DNA of 64,000 nucleotides from the IMG/VR virus record IMGVR_UViG_3300020312_000068, positions 18,022 through 82,021 of that record; one strand, given 5' to 3'. Positions within the stretch are counted from its first letter, which is position 1. Each line of letters opens with the position of its first letter. Origin of the DNA: a virus. The translations under genes were made by a program, and so were the position numbers. Positions 55,401 to 64,000 of the stretch are shown piece by piece. The notes below the pieces were generated by a model. The model made no database searches, was not told where the DNA came from, and saw nothing but the letters and a program-made list of their open reading frames with translations.

Positions 55401-58400
55401 ACTAGCTTCACTAGATCAGGTTCATACACATGTTCTGGTAAGGTGATGACCGTTGTATGTGGAAGAGGTCATGGAGCATTTGCTAAGAATTCCTATAGTA
55501 TGGTATTCAGTGGTGCTACACCTGATGGTGCTTACATCATTGATGACACTGCTGATCATAGAACATTTACTATCCTATTAAGTACTGCTAGTACAGACAG
55601 TGGTACTGTAACAGTTACTATTCCTGCTCCTTGGCAGACACCTAACTCAGTTCCACCTGTAGATAGATCTGCTGATGGTTCATCCTTAATCCTTGCTAAC
55701 AAGCAGTTTATCGCTCAGGAAGCGGTAGCAAGAATGCTTGCTAACAATCCAGGATATAATGTTCCTACTGGTTCACAAGCATGTATAGATGATGCTGTAG
55801 ATTATATCGAAGCATTTACTTACAACCTAGCATACGGTGGTAACGACCAAGTTTGGGATGGTGCCAAGTACTATGTTGATGGATCACACGTTGTAGGTGA
55901 AGAGAATGAATCTGTAGAAGTCTTTAATTTAGTTAGAGATCTTGCTATACAGGTTACACGTAATGAGCCTATCACAGTTCAAGGTGGTCATGGTCTAACC
56001 CAGGTAAGAGATTATACTATTACTCCTGATGCTGCTGGTTCAGGTCAAGGTAACAAGCACGCTGATGCTCGTAACTTAATATGGGCTAACAAAGAATTTA
56101 TTGCTGACATTGCTGTCGGTAGAATGAATGCTGACTTCGGATACGAAGTACACAGCAATAAGCATGTTGACGCACATGATCTACTGATTGCTAATAAGGA
56201 CTTCATTGCTGCTGAGGCATATGCTTGGGAACTTGCTGAAGATCCTACACTACACGTTCCTACAGGAAACGGACAAGATTGTATTGATGATATTGCTGAT
56301 GTTGTAAACGCTGTTGCTTTCAACGTACAACACGGTGGTAACAACAAGGTTTGGGATGCTGCTAGTTACTATGTTGGTACACCTCACCTAGATGACGAGG
56401 AGTTCCAGTCAGTACGTTGCTTTGAACATGCTAGAGAGATCTGTAAGCTAGTTCTTGCTAACAATACTGTTGTAGTACGTGGAGATCACGTAAAGACACA
56501 GACCTTCGATACTACTATCACTCATGATAGCTCTGCTTCTTCAGGAGATTATACATCTGCTGATTGTACTGACGTAAGAGCAACTGTTGATACTCTGTTT
56601 GAAATCATTCACAGTGCTATCCTCAATGATAGTCTCAAGTCTATTAAGAAGGTTACACCTAGACCATATAAGGTACCTGCTGTTAATAAGTTAACTGCTA
56701 GTGGTGCTGAGTATAATCCTGCTACAGGTGTCATGACTCTAAGAGTCGGTACTGACACTAAGGATGTTTCTGCTGCTACCTTTGCTCCTGCTAGTGGTAA
56801 TTTAGAATTAAATATCGGTGCTCATAGTTTAACAACTTCCGATAAGATAAGAATTAATACAGGTTCATTAACCTTCCGTTGTGATCTTGATGGACAGTCA
56901 TCTGATCATGCGTATCCACGCACCAATATTGATTACTCAACTGCTGCTAGTGGTACTACTTACAATCCTACAACTGGTGTATTATCTGTTACTACAACTG
57001 TTGGTCATGGATTACAGAACGGTGACTGGGTTAAGTTTGCTGATGATTCTATAGTATTTGAGTGTGCTCAAGACGCAGGTAAGAATCATTCATATCCACG
57101 TCAAACAGATCCTATCTCTGGTAGATGGGTTGAGGTATCCAATGTCGGTGGATTGACATTTGATGTACAGGTTCTAGCAACTCAACCATCAACTAATACT
57201 ACAGTTCATACATTCGTTAGCGCAACTGCTAATGGTATATGGAAGAAGAGAGATAGAGCATACGAGCAAGATCTACCTATCACAGCAGTATCTTCTACTA
57301 CTATCACAGTTAATGTTGGTATTTCTAGTGATACTTCTACTCATGTATTCCAGTCAGCAACTGCTGGTGCTGTTATCCTAAGTCACGGTCTTACTACTTC
57401 TCAGTACATTAAGCTTGCTAATGACTCTCTGACATTTACTTGTGGTCAGAATAATGGTCAGACCAATATGACTTATCCTAAGTCATCTTCTACTGCTAAT
57501 CAGGAAGGATGGTCTGCTATCACTGCTGTAACAGTTGACACTGTTGACATCAACATTGGTACTACAACTGTTGAAGGATTTGAAGCTAAGAATGCTACAT
57601 ACAATGCTTCTAATGGTGAGATGGTTGTTACCATCGGAGCTAATAACTTCAAGGTTGGTCAGACAATCAATCTAGCACCTAGATCAATAAACTTTACTTG
57701 CGAGCAGGATGATAACCAAACTGTTCACGCATATCCAAGAGAGACAGATCCATATTACAGTCAACCAGTAGCCATCAGTGCTATAGGTAACTCAACCTCT
57801 TCAGTAACTGATGCTACATTTGATCCTGCTGAAGGTAAGTTGACACTTACTATTCCTGATCATGGATTGAGACAGGATAGTCAGATTAAGATTGCTGATG
57901 GATCACTAACATTTACATGTGCTCACGATAGTCATGCTACAGATCATGCTTATCCAAGAGCAGAACAGAAAGCTATTACTGCTACAGATGCTGCCTATAA
58001 TACAGCAACTGGTATAGTTACAGTCACACAGACTGGACATGGACTTAAGGTTGGTGAGTATATCAAAGTTAAAGATAATGCTCTAACCTTTAGTTGTACT
58101 CATGGTGGTGGTGGACAGTCTTCTTATCCACGTCCATCTGATCCTATTAGTGGAAAGTGGATCCCAGTTACTGCTGTCTCTGGTGACACATTCTCATTCA
58201 AGTGTTTAACCACTGTACCTTCTACTAATACTGACACTCATACATTCGTATCTGCTACTACTGGTGGTATCATTAAGAGAGATCCAGATAGTGATCAGTG
58301 GAGACATGTACAGGTTGTCGATAAGGATACAGTTAACGTTTGTATTGCTACATCTTCTAACGAAACAGTACACGCATTCAAATCAGCAACTGCTAATAAT

Positions 58401-61400
58401 ATAACTCATAAAGATTCTACGATTACATTAAACGTAGGACCAACTGCTGCTGTAGACTATACACCAACAGGTGCTACTTATGATCCTACAACTGGTGATA
58501 TGGTTCTTACCATAAACCAGCACCCTGACATTGTTGGAGCAACTCCACATGTCGCAACAGGAGCTAGTTATGATGCTGTTACTGGTCTCATGGAGATCCA
58601 GATTGCTGGTGAGAATGAATTTAATGAAGGTCAGTTTGTAAGAATCCCAAGAGATTCATTCAACTTCACATGTGACATGGATGGTAATACATCCACGAAG
58701 TCATATCCTAGAGCAACAGATGATGCTGCTGATTGGTGGCTTCCTATTAAATCTGTAGGTAAGACAGCTACAGGACAGTATATTAATGTAGAAGTAGGTA
58801 AGTCTCCTGCTAAGAATTTCACAGTATCTGATGCTACCTATAATCCTACCTCTGGTGACATGGAACTCACCTTGGGTACTCATAGATTGCAAGCTGGTAC
58901 AGCTATTAGGTTAGGAAAAGATTCATTAATCTTTACTTGTGACTTTAATAGTGACGGTAATACAACTCAAAAGACATATCCTAGAGCAACTGGATCTTCA
59001 GCTGCTGGTGGTAAGGACTACGCATATGATACAGCACTGAATATTACTGCTGTAGGACATGCTAAGAGTACATCAACTGATGCTGCTTACAACCCAACTA
59101 CAGGTGTAATGACCTTAACGGTTCCTAACCATGGATTCGTTAATGGTGATAGAGTTAGAATCGCTGATGATTCATTAACCTTTACTTGTACTGAAGGTGC
59201 TGGTAATCACTCTTATCCTAGAGCATCTAAGTCTACTCACACAGCAGGTAACGGTACAACATATAATCCTAATACAGGTGTATTGGTTGTTGACACTGGT
59301 AGTGCTCACAACATGGTTAATGGTGATTGGGTTAAGTTCAACGATAATTCATTAACATTCACATGTACTCATGGTGGTGGTAATCACACTTATCCTCGTG
59401 CTACTGATCCTATGAGTGGTAAGTGGGTACAGATCGAAAGTGTATCCTCTACATCATTCACTGTAGCTGGTAATAAGATTCTAGATGCAATCCCATCAAC
59501 TAACACTACTGCTCATACATTCGTAAGTGGTGCTACAGATGGTATCGTACATAAGGATCCTGCTAGTGGTAACTTCCTAACAGTTTCAAATGTAACTCAG
59601 AATACATTTGATGTTCAGGTATTAACCTCTGCTCCATCTACAAATACTACAGTACATACCTACGTTTCATCTACTGCTAATAACATTGAGTTAGAGAACT
59701 CAACTATTACAGTTAATGTTAACGGTGGTCAGGGTGCTATTACAGATACTACAGTACATAACTTCGTAGCTTCTCCTAAGTTACAACCAACTGATGCTTC
59801 TTACAACCCAACAACGGGTGTAATGTCAGTGACCATAGTTGGTCATGGAATGGACAATGGAGAGTATGTTAAGTTTGACGATAATACATTTACATTCAAG
59901 TGTGCTCATGATAGCAATGCTACAGATCACACATATCCAAGACCTCAAGATCCTGCTAGTGGATCATGGTTAAAGGTTTCTAACGTTACTGCTGATACAT
60001 TTGAAGTAACTGTTCTTACAAAGATTCCTTCAACTAACGAAACAGTACACGCATTCCAGTCAGCAACTGCTGGTGTTACTAGAAGCCAAGTACGTTCAGG
60101 TGGTGCCTATGCTCATACTTACGTAGCTCCAACTGATCTAACACCTACTGGTGCTGTTTACAATCCAACAACAGGTATAATGACTCTTACAATTCCTAAC
60201 CATGGAATTGCTGATAAAGAGTACGTTAAACTTGCTGACGGTGCTGTAACATTCACTTGTACTGAAGGTGCTGGTAATCATTCATATCCTCGTGCTACTG
60301 ACCCTGCTAGTGGTAAGTGGTTACAGACAACTTATGTTGATGCTAATAGTTTCAGCGTACAAGTTCTTGCTAAGATTCCATCTACTAACACTACAACTCA
60401 CACTTATGTAAGTGCTGCTGCTAATAGTGTTAAGAGATCTCAGTTTATCAGATCAAAACAATCAATCAGATTGGCTGATAGTGCTGTCACATTTGAATGT
60501 GATCTCAACGCAAGAGCAACTCAACACTCATATCCACGTGCTGCTCTAACTCAGTACACAGCAACTAACGCAACCTATGATGCCAATGATGGTGTCATGG
60601 AACTCACTGTTCCTGGTCATGGAATGAATGAGGGTGATTGGGTTACACTTGCTAATGATTCTATTTCATTCAAGTGCCCTTACGGTACTGGAACACCTCA
60701 TACATGGGCTGGTGGAACATCATATAATGCTATAACAGTAACTGCTGGTAGCGTTAAGAAAGATGTAACTACTGCTACATTTGATCCTGCTAATGGTCTT
60801 ATAGAATTGACCATTGGTGCTCACTCATTCACAACTAGCGATACAATAACTATTGCTCCTGATGCTATTAAGTTCACATGTAATGCTGACTATCATCAGA
60901 CAGTTCATAGTTATCCTCGTTCAACAGACCCATCATACAATACAGCAATAGCGATAACTGCTGTAACTGCTACTACTATAACTGCTAATGTTGGTGCTGT
61001 ATCTGGAAACGTAGCGAAATCTTATCCACGTGCTTCAGATCCTATCTCTGGTAATTACGTAAGAATCTTTAACGTAACTCCAGACACATTCGCTATACAA
61101 GTTTTAGATGATATCCCATCTACCCAAACACAAGTACATACATTTGTTTCAGCTGTAACTAATGGTATAACTCATAAGCGTGATCCATATCGTGCTTCTG
61201 CTATACCTGTAGCTGAGGTTGGAGAGTCCATGAGGTCTGTTTCCAACGCAGTATATAATGAGAATACTGGTGTAATGACTGTTACCGTTACTGGTCATGG
61301 ATTAACGACTGGTAATCGTATTAAGTTCGATAAAGAGTCATTGACCTTCACCTGTGCTAAGGATACTAATGCTACTCAGCATTCTTATCCACGAGTAACT

Positions 61401-64000
61401 GATCCTTATTATGATAAGTGGCTTCAGATAACTCAAATTGACGTTGATAACTTTACAGTTCAAGTCGGCACAGGAGGTCCAAATGATCGTTTCGCCCACA
61501 CGTTTGTCTCTGCAACCCCTGGTGGTATTAAGCTCCAAGATGGAACAATCAGGATCAATGTCGGAAAGTCAACTGACACTACTGCTCACTACTTTGTTAG
61601 TGCTCTTAGTAATTCCGTTAAAACAGGAGGGCCATACAACCATACCTTTGTTCCTACTCCAGGAATAACTCCAACAGGAGCAGACTACAATCCAACAACA
61701 GGTTGGATGAGAATCACAGCTGCGGATCATGGTTTAAGAAATGGTGACTTTATAACCGTTACTGAAAATGGTTTAACTTTCCGTTGCGATCATGATAGTC
61801 AGCAGACAGATCACAAATATCCTAGAAAGAGTGATCCACTATATCATAACTACGTAGAAGTTCGTGAGTGTACTCAGAACACATTCGACTTTAACGTATT
61901 ACAGGGTACAACCCCAACAAATACTACTACTCACGTATTCAAGACAGCAGTTACTGGATGTATCAGAAGAGCTGCTATTAAGAGTGGTGGTAATTATCCT
62001 CATAGATTTGTTTCAGCATCCGCTAATGGTGTTGAGGTATCAGGTGACAACCAAGATTGTAAGGATGACGTAATTGATATCCTACAGGTTGTTTCTTGGA
62101 ACCTTGCTATGGGTGGTAATGACTTCACCTATGATGCTGCTGAACTATACGTTACAGGCAACCATCTACAAGGTGAGGAACATCATTCCATCTATGCTTT
62201 ACGTCAGGCACAAGCGATTGCTATAGAATGTTTCCAGAATGAGACCGTAACAACTGGTGGACATACTACCAGATCACAGGTTAAGGATCTAACGATTACT
62301 CAGGATACAGGTCTACCAATCTGTAACACTGTAATCAGTTCCTTGACTACCTTAATGAATATCATTGAGGTTGCTATCGATACAGATAGTCTCTCTGGAA
62401 TAACAAGAACTGCATCACATACAACTCGTTGTGCTGACGTTGCTTCTACGATTACAACGTTAACACTTATACTTACCAATGCTATTGGTACAACTGGATC
62501 TCCAGGTAACTTAACTGGAGTAGCTAGAACATATCCAACATCCGATGAGCAATGTATTGATGACATCAGACACGTAATTCGTGCTTGGATGTATGACCTC
62601 AGATATGGTGGTAACTCACAAACAATACTATCTGCTGGTAAGTACATCAATGGTACAAATATTATTAATGTAAACAATGAGGTAGCTCAGACACGTCAGG
62701 TTTACGAGAAAGCTAAGGATATGTGTGTCCTTGCTATACGTAACCAGTTACCTGAAGCTAAGTTTACAGACATAACTCCATTCAGTAATGCTTCTACTAC
62801 TGTAGATCAGACTAAACCTGAATGTAACGCAATGATCACTAACTTGACAGCGTTACATACAATTTTAGACAACGCTCTTAACACCCCAACATCACTTGCT
62901 GGTGTAACTAATACTCCTCCAAGCACAATGCTTAAGGATGACAATGGTCTTAAGGTCGTTCCTATGTTGGGTGATCTATTAGATCTACCTGTTATCGAGG
63001 CATCTCCTTATATTCAGAACTCTTCACTTATATCCTTCCTTGGTGCTTCTGGTGCTGAGATTGATGGTGCCAAAGTTGCTACACCTAACGTTCCACGTCC
63101 AGGTGTCTACGCAGATGCTAACGGTGTTGAGAGACCAACGTGGCCTCATCAGGGTAAATCGATGGTTGCCAACGCATTCACTATCATATCGATTGGTGGT
63201 GGTGTTGGTTATAACATCCTCAATGATGGATATACACAGCTTGTATCTGTGTTCGTTATCTTCGGTGGAGACGGTGTTATCGTACAGTCAGGTGGATATG
63301 CTTCACTGACTAACTCTGCTTCTAACTTTGGTACTCGTTCACTTAAGGCAACAGGTTACAGATCTGAGGCATATGAATTTGATATTGGTACAATTACTAA
63401 TATCATCAACCAGACTGATAACAATGGTGCTCAAACTGGTCGTCAGATCATTGAAGTTGGTGGTACAACTCTAACTAACTTCCCAGTTGAAGATTACATC
63501 ATCAAGATTGATGGGTACACTAACACTGACCCTGCTAAGGAATACTTCATTCTTGGTGTAGAGAAACTATCTGGTTCTATCGGTACTCAAGTTACTGCTA
63601 ACGTTACTACTAACGATGGATTAGGATTAGACCTTGTAAGAACTTCTGATGGTCAGCAGATCGCTTATAGTCAGGGTAACTTAACTCCTGAACTTGTAGG
63701 TAAGACAATAAGATTCCACAGACCATCCATCTGTAACTCATCTGCCCATACGTGGGAATATGTAGGTGCTGGTGATACTTACTTAGCACTACCACAAAAC
63801 GGTGGTGTTGGTATCCCTGCTAACGAAGCTGTCGAAGAGAAGTATGGTCAGGTTTATACCTCAGGTACTAACGAATTCGGTGACTTCAAGGTTGGTGACT
63901 TCGTTACCATCTTTAACAGAACTGGTAGTATCAGCTTCGTTGGTACTGTTAGTATCTCTGAACTATCATCTATTAAGATTGTTGGTGGATCCATTACTAT
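52452..64000 (+). CDS. giant virion structural/fibre protein, >3849 aa, truncated by the window end
   Basis: GGAG RBS then ATG 52452 (MTFRLSSSQQRIEG...); the same frame reads open wherever checked (55311, 55671, 62040, 63000); the ORF track lists no closed ORF in this frame. Confidence 0.9.
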   Translation, partial: MTFRLSSSQQRIEGTGSVPQGPWTSATYGRANGIVTVTSIAHRLNTNERLYVKPGSDNLLRTFDEGQYTITVVDEDTFTISGTGQNFIEAATTISYRSVRSLVINASDRMELSVGSGANEDDAVFITKSDTGNIRVGINNTNPEFDLDVEGQIRTTRSIISDTAQIRNLDVQNEFVTKGLDLRGPNLINFEETDPTANDFGTIYYPTADNPPRQTQNNRVATTKFVYDVATADNGGRVYVSSVAGIGDDANDGRSAAKPVRTIKKAAQIAYSLQQDTQTPEYVSIIVSGGDYLEDNPISLPYNCSLIGDNLRRVILRPLNMDRHMIKASNETYCAGVVFRDHLDASGLPDWTWKYAYVFDDKQRLMYEPDLAPFEFSPGLENKGRNIFAITFENHTGDNTTLLVGYAVEGGSSSARAIIEQVTFTGPQASPYSSGTIIVLMDDDESTFQLAERLYYADVYANIVKTGASPSDSLDVADRESQRPETEVIKHQRYQWVINSEEEKLRFDGSSDTIVDATNNEITIPFHRLETGWKVFYTVENEGGTAPQGLVKNTTYFVRKIDDNKIALYDTAANALNIQVTTGVRDLGDPGSGDEHTLYHSRIFTRDNTIYFPKHGLFTGNGVYYRPSKAANIGGLVTNSLIYVYKIDDNYFQVCNTQADATSKDIGGNDTPVVLPLTDTGKGYQRFEKAINVVDVATVTTDLATQQTYNGIKLTVTGASRTIEGIPFVGHDYEVGQEVQIYGLPYTAIDFGTSATTTYTQSTDTITITIANTDPSKMNALWPNLTTIGGAAGKGVGIHCTFDAGGHQSKSFHIAQYANGTLAQTQSDFATVLGGSSNLGAGVARYNSSTNEVYFVIRASDSATRSGNCAVLDNLGDFNGRKYVTHRIERADGYSLNFCTRGSCSKFATDFDPAGDQQVCSATNYALMSLRNSPYAFEKVEFGSSIQEMAKSRDAAETLNNNVDFIAIESYAHVKKLYNAGTSTSFTRSGSYTCSGKVMTVVCGRGHGAFAKNSYSMVFSGATPDGAYIIDDTADHRTFTILLSTASTDSGTVTVTIPAPWQTPNSVPPVDRSADGSSLILANKQFIAQEAVARMLANNPGYNVPTGSQACIDDAVDYIEAFTYNLAYGGNDQVWDGAKYYVDGSHVVGEENESVEVFNLVRDLAIQVTRNEPITVQGGHGLTQVRDYTITPDAAGSGQGNKHADARNLIWANKEFIADIAVGRMNADFGYEVHSNKHVDAHDLLIANKDFIAAEAYAWELAEDPTLHVPTGNGQDCIDDIADVVNAVAFNVQHGGNNKVWDAASYYVGTPHLDDEEFQSVRCFEHAREICKLVLANNTVVVRGDHVKTQTFDTTITHDSSASSGDYTSADCTDVRATVDTLFEIIHSAILNDSLKSIKKVTPRPYKVPAVNKLTASGAEYNPATGVMTLRVGTDTKDVSAATFAPASGNLELNIGAHSLTTSDKIRINTGSLTFRCDLDGQSSDHAYPRTNIDYSTAASGTTYNPTTGVLSVTTTVGHGLQNGDWVKFADDSIVFECAQDAGKNHSYPRQTDPISGRWVEVSNVGGLTFDVQVLATQPSTNTTVHTFVSATANGIWKKRDRAYEQDLPITAVSSTTITVNVGISSDTSTHVFQSATAGAVILSHGLTTSQYIKLANDSLTFTCGQNNGQTNMTYPKSSSTANQEGWSAITAVTVDTVDINIGTTTVEGFEAKNATYNASNGEMVVTIGANNFKVGQTINLAPRSINFTCEQDDNQTVHAYPRETDPYYSQPVAISAIGNSTSSVTDATFDPAEGKLTLTIPDHGLRQDSQIKIADGSLTFTCAHDSHATDHAYPRAEQKAITATDAAYNTATGIVTVTQTGHGLKVGEYIKVKDNALTFSCTHGGGGQSSYPRPSDPISGKWIPVTAVSGDTFSFKCLTTVPSTNTDTHTFVSATTGGIIKRDPDSDQWRHVQVVDKDTVNVCIATSSNETVHAFKSATANNITHKDSTITLNVGPTAAVDYTPTGATYDPTTGDMVLTINQHPDIVGATPHVATGASYDAVTGLMEIQIAGENEFNEGQFVRIPRDSFNFTCDMDGNTSTKSYPRATDDAADWWLPIKSVGKTATGQYINVEVGKSPAKNFTVSDATYNPTSGDMELTLGTHRLQAGTAIRLGKDSLIFTCDFNSDGNTTQKTYPRATGSSAAGGKDYAYDTALNITAVGHAKSTSTDAAYNPTTGVMTLTVPNHGFVNGDRVRIADDSLTFTCTEGAGNHSYPRASKSTHTAGNGTTYNPNTGVLVVDTGSAHNMVNGDWVKFNDNSLTFTCTHGGGNHTYPRATDPMSGKWVQIESVSSTSFTVAGNKILDAIPSTNTTAHTFVSGATDGIVHKDPASGNFLTVSNVTQNTFDVQVLTSAPSTNTTVHTYVSSTANNIELENSTITVNVNGGQGAITDTTVHNFVASPKLQPTDASYNPTTGVMSVTIVGHGMDNGEYVKFDDNTFTFKCAHDSNATDHTYPRPQDPASGSWLKVSNVTADTFEVTVLTKIPSTNETVHAFQSATAGVTRSQVRSGGAYAHTYVAPTDLTPTGAVYNPTTGIMTLTIPNHGIADKEYVKLADGAVTFTCTEGAGNHSYPRATDPASGKWLQTTYVDANSFSVQVLAKIPSTNTTTHTYVSAAANSVKRSQFIRSKQSIRLADSAVTFECDLNARATQHSYPRAALTQYTATNATYDANDGVMELTVPGHGMNEGDWVTLANDSISFKCPYGTGTPHTWAGGTSYNAITVTAGSVKKDVTTATFDPANGLIELTIGAHSFTTSDTITIAPDAIKFTCNADYHQTVHSYPRSTDPSYNTAIAITAVTATTITANVGAVSGNVAKSYPRASDPISGNYVRIFNVTPDTFAIQVLDDIPSTQTQVHTFVSAVTNGITHKRDPYRASAIPVAEVGESMRSVSNAVYNENTGVMTVTVTGHGLTTGNRIKFDKESLTFTCAKDTNATQHSYPRVTDPYYDKWLQITQIDVDNFTVQVGTGGPNDRFAHTFVSATPGGIKLQDGTIRINVGKSTDTTAHYFVSALSNSVKTGGPYNHTFVPTPGITPTGADYNPTTGWMRITAADHGLRNGDFITVTENGLTFRCDHDSQQTDHKYPRKSDPLYHNYVEVRECTQNTFDFNVLQGTTPTNTTTHVFKTAVTGCIRRAAIKSGGNYPHRFVSASANGVEVSGDNQDCKDDVIDILQVVSWNLAMGGNDFTYDAAELYVTGNHLQGEEHHSIYALRQAQAIAIECFQNETVTTGGHTTRSQVKDLTITQDTGLPICNTVISSLTTLMNIIEVAIDTDSLSGITRTASHTTRCADVASTITTLTLILTNAIGTTGSPGNLTGVARTYPTSDEQCIDDIRHVIRAWMYDLRYGGNSQTILSAGKYINGTNIINVNNEVAQTRQVYEKAKDMCVLAIRNQLPEAKFTDITPFSNASTTVDQTKPECNAMITNLTALHTILDNALNTPTSLAGVTNTPPSTMLKDDNGLKVVPMLGDLLDLPVIEASPYIQNSSLISFLGASGAEIDGAKVATPNVPRPGVYADANGVERPTWPHQGKSMVANAFTIISIGGGVGYNILNDGYTQLVSVFVIFGGDGVIVQSGGYASLTNSASNFGTRSLKATGYRSEAYEFDIGTITNIINQTDNNGAQTGRQIIEVGGTTLTNFPVEDYIIKIDGYTNTDPAKEYFILGVEKLSGSIGTQVTANVTTNDGLGLDLVRTSDGQQIAYSQGNLTPELVGKTIRFHRPSICNSSAHTWEYVGAGDTYLALPQNGGVGIPANEAVEEKYGQVYTSGTNEFGDFKVGDFVTIFNRTGSISFVGTVSISELSSIKIVGGSIT
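56690..62030 (+). repeat. beta repeat shared with gp7, about 17 YP(R/K) copies
   Basis: Same TFTC..H..YPR.TDP / HTFVSA motif in the frame of the 52452 ORF. Confidence 0.85.

Noticed and set aside
25370-62030. Diversity-generating retroelement explaining the near-identical repeats
   Set aside because: There is no reverse transcriptase in the window, all repeats are in-frame coding, and I saw no adenine-specific TR/VR mismatch pattern.
14529-63795. Many 60-140 aa antisense or alternate-frame ORFs inside structural genes
   Set aside because: Shadow ORFs expected from biased codon usage; no RBS, promoter or recognisable motifs.
52452-64000. Apparent 11.5 kb gene desert or pseudogene in the ORF track
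   Set aside because: It is one long ORF whose stop lies outside the window.

Overview
The window is a 64 kb segment of a T4-like marine cyanophage (cyanomyovirus) genome; the host assignment is inferred from gene content and style. Positions 1-11.1 kb are an early/accessory region. It holds two DNA methyltransferases, a PD-(D/E)xK nuclease, an HExxH peptidase-like protein, an SF2 helicase, two 2OG-Fe(II) oxygenases and many microproteins. Its promoters have a palindromic box 28-29 bp upstream of the -10 element. Positions 11.1-13.8 kb contain purN, small ORFs and a PAAR gene. Positions 13.8-64 kb are the late baseplate/fibre module: gp25, gp6, a 5915-aa gp7, gp8, a VrlC-like protein, fibre proteins, and a >3849-aa ORF from 52452 that runs off the window and is missing from the ORF track. 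Main finding: the two giant virion proteins carry about 10 helical domains that align by eye with phycobiliprotein (globin-fold) subunits. These keep cysteines equivalent to both bilin-attachment sites and the C-x-x-D aspartate, which suggests possibly bilin-decorated virions. The domains are nested inside one another with about 31 Cys/His-containing beta repeats. Other findings are a candidate leader-RNA motif, HLR1-like divergent promoters and phased A-tract islands. All assignments come from reading the sequence; no database search was run.
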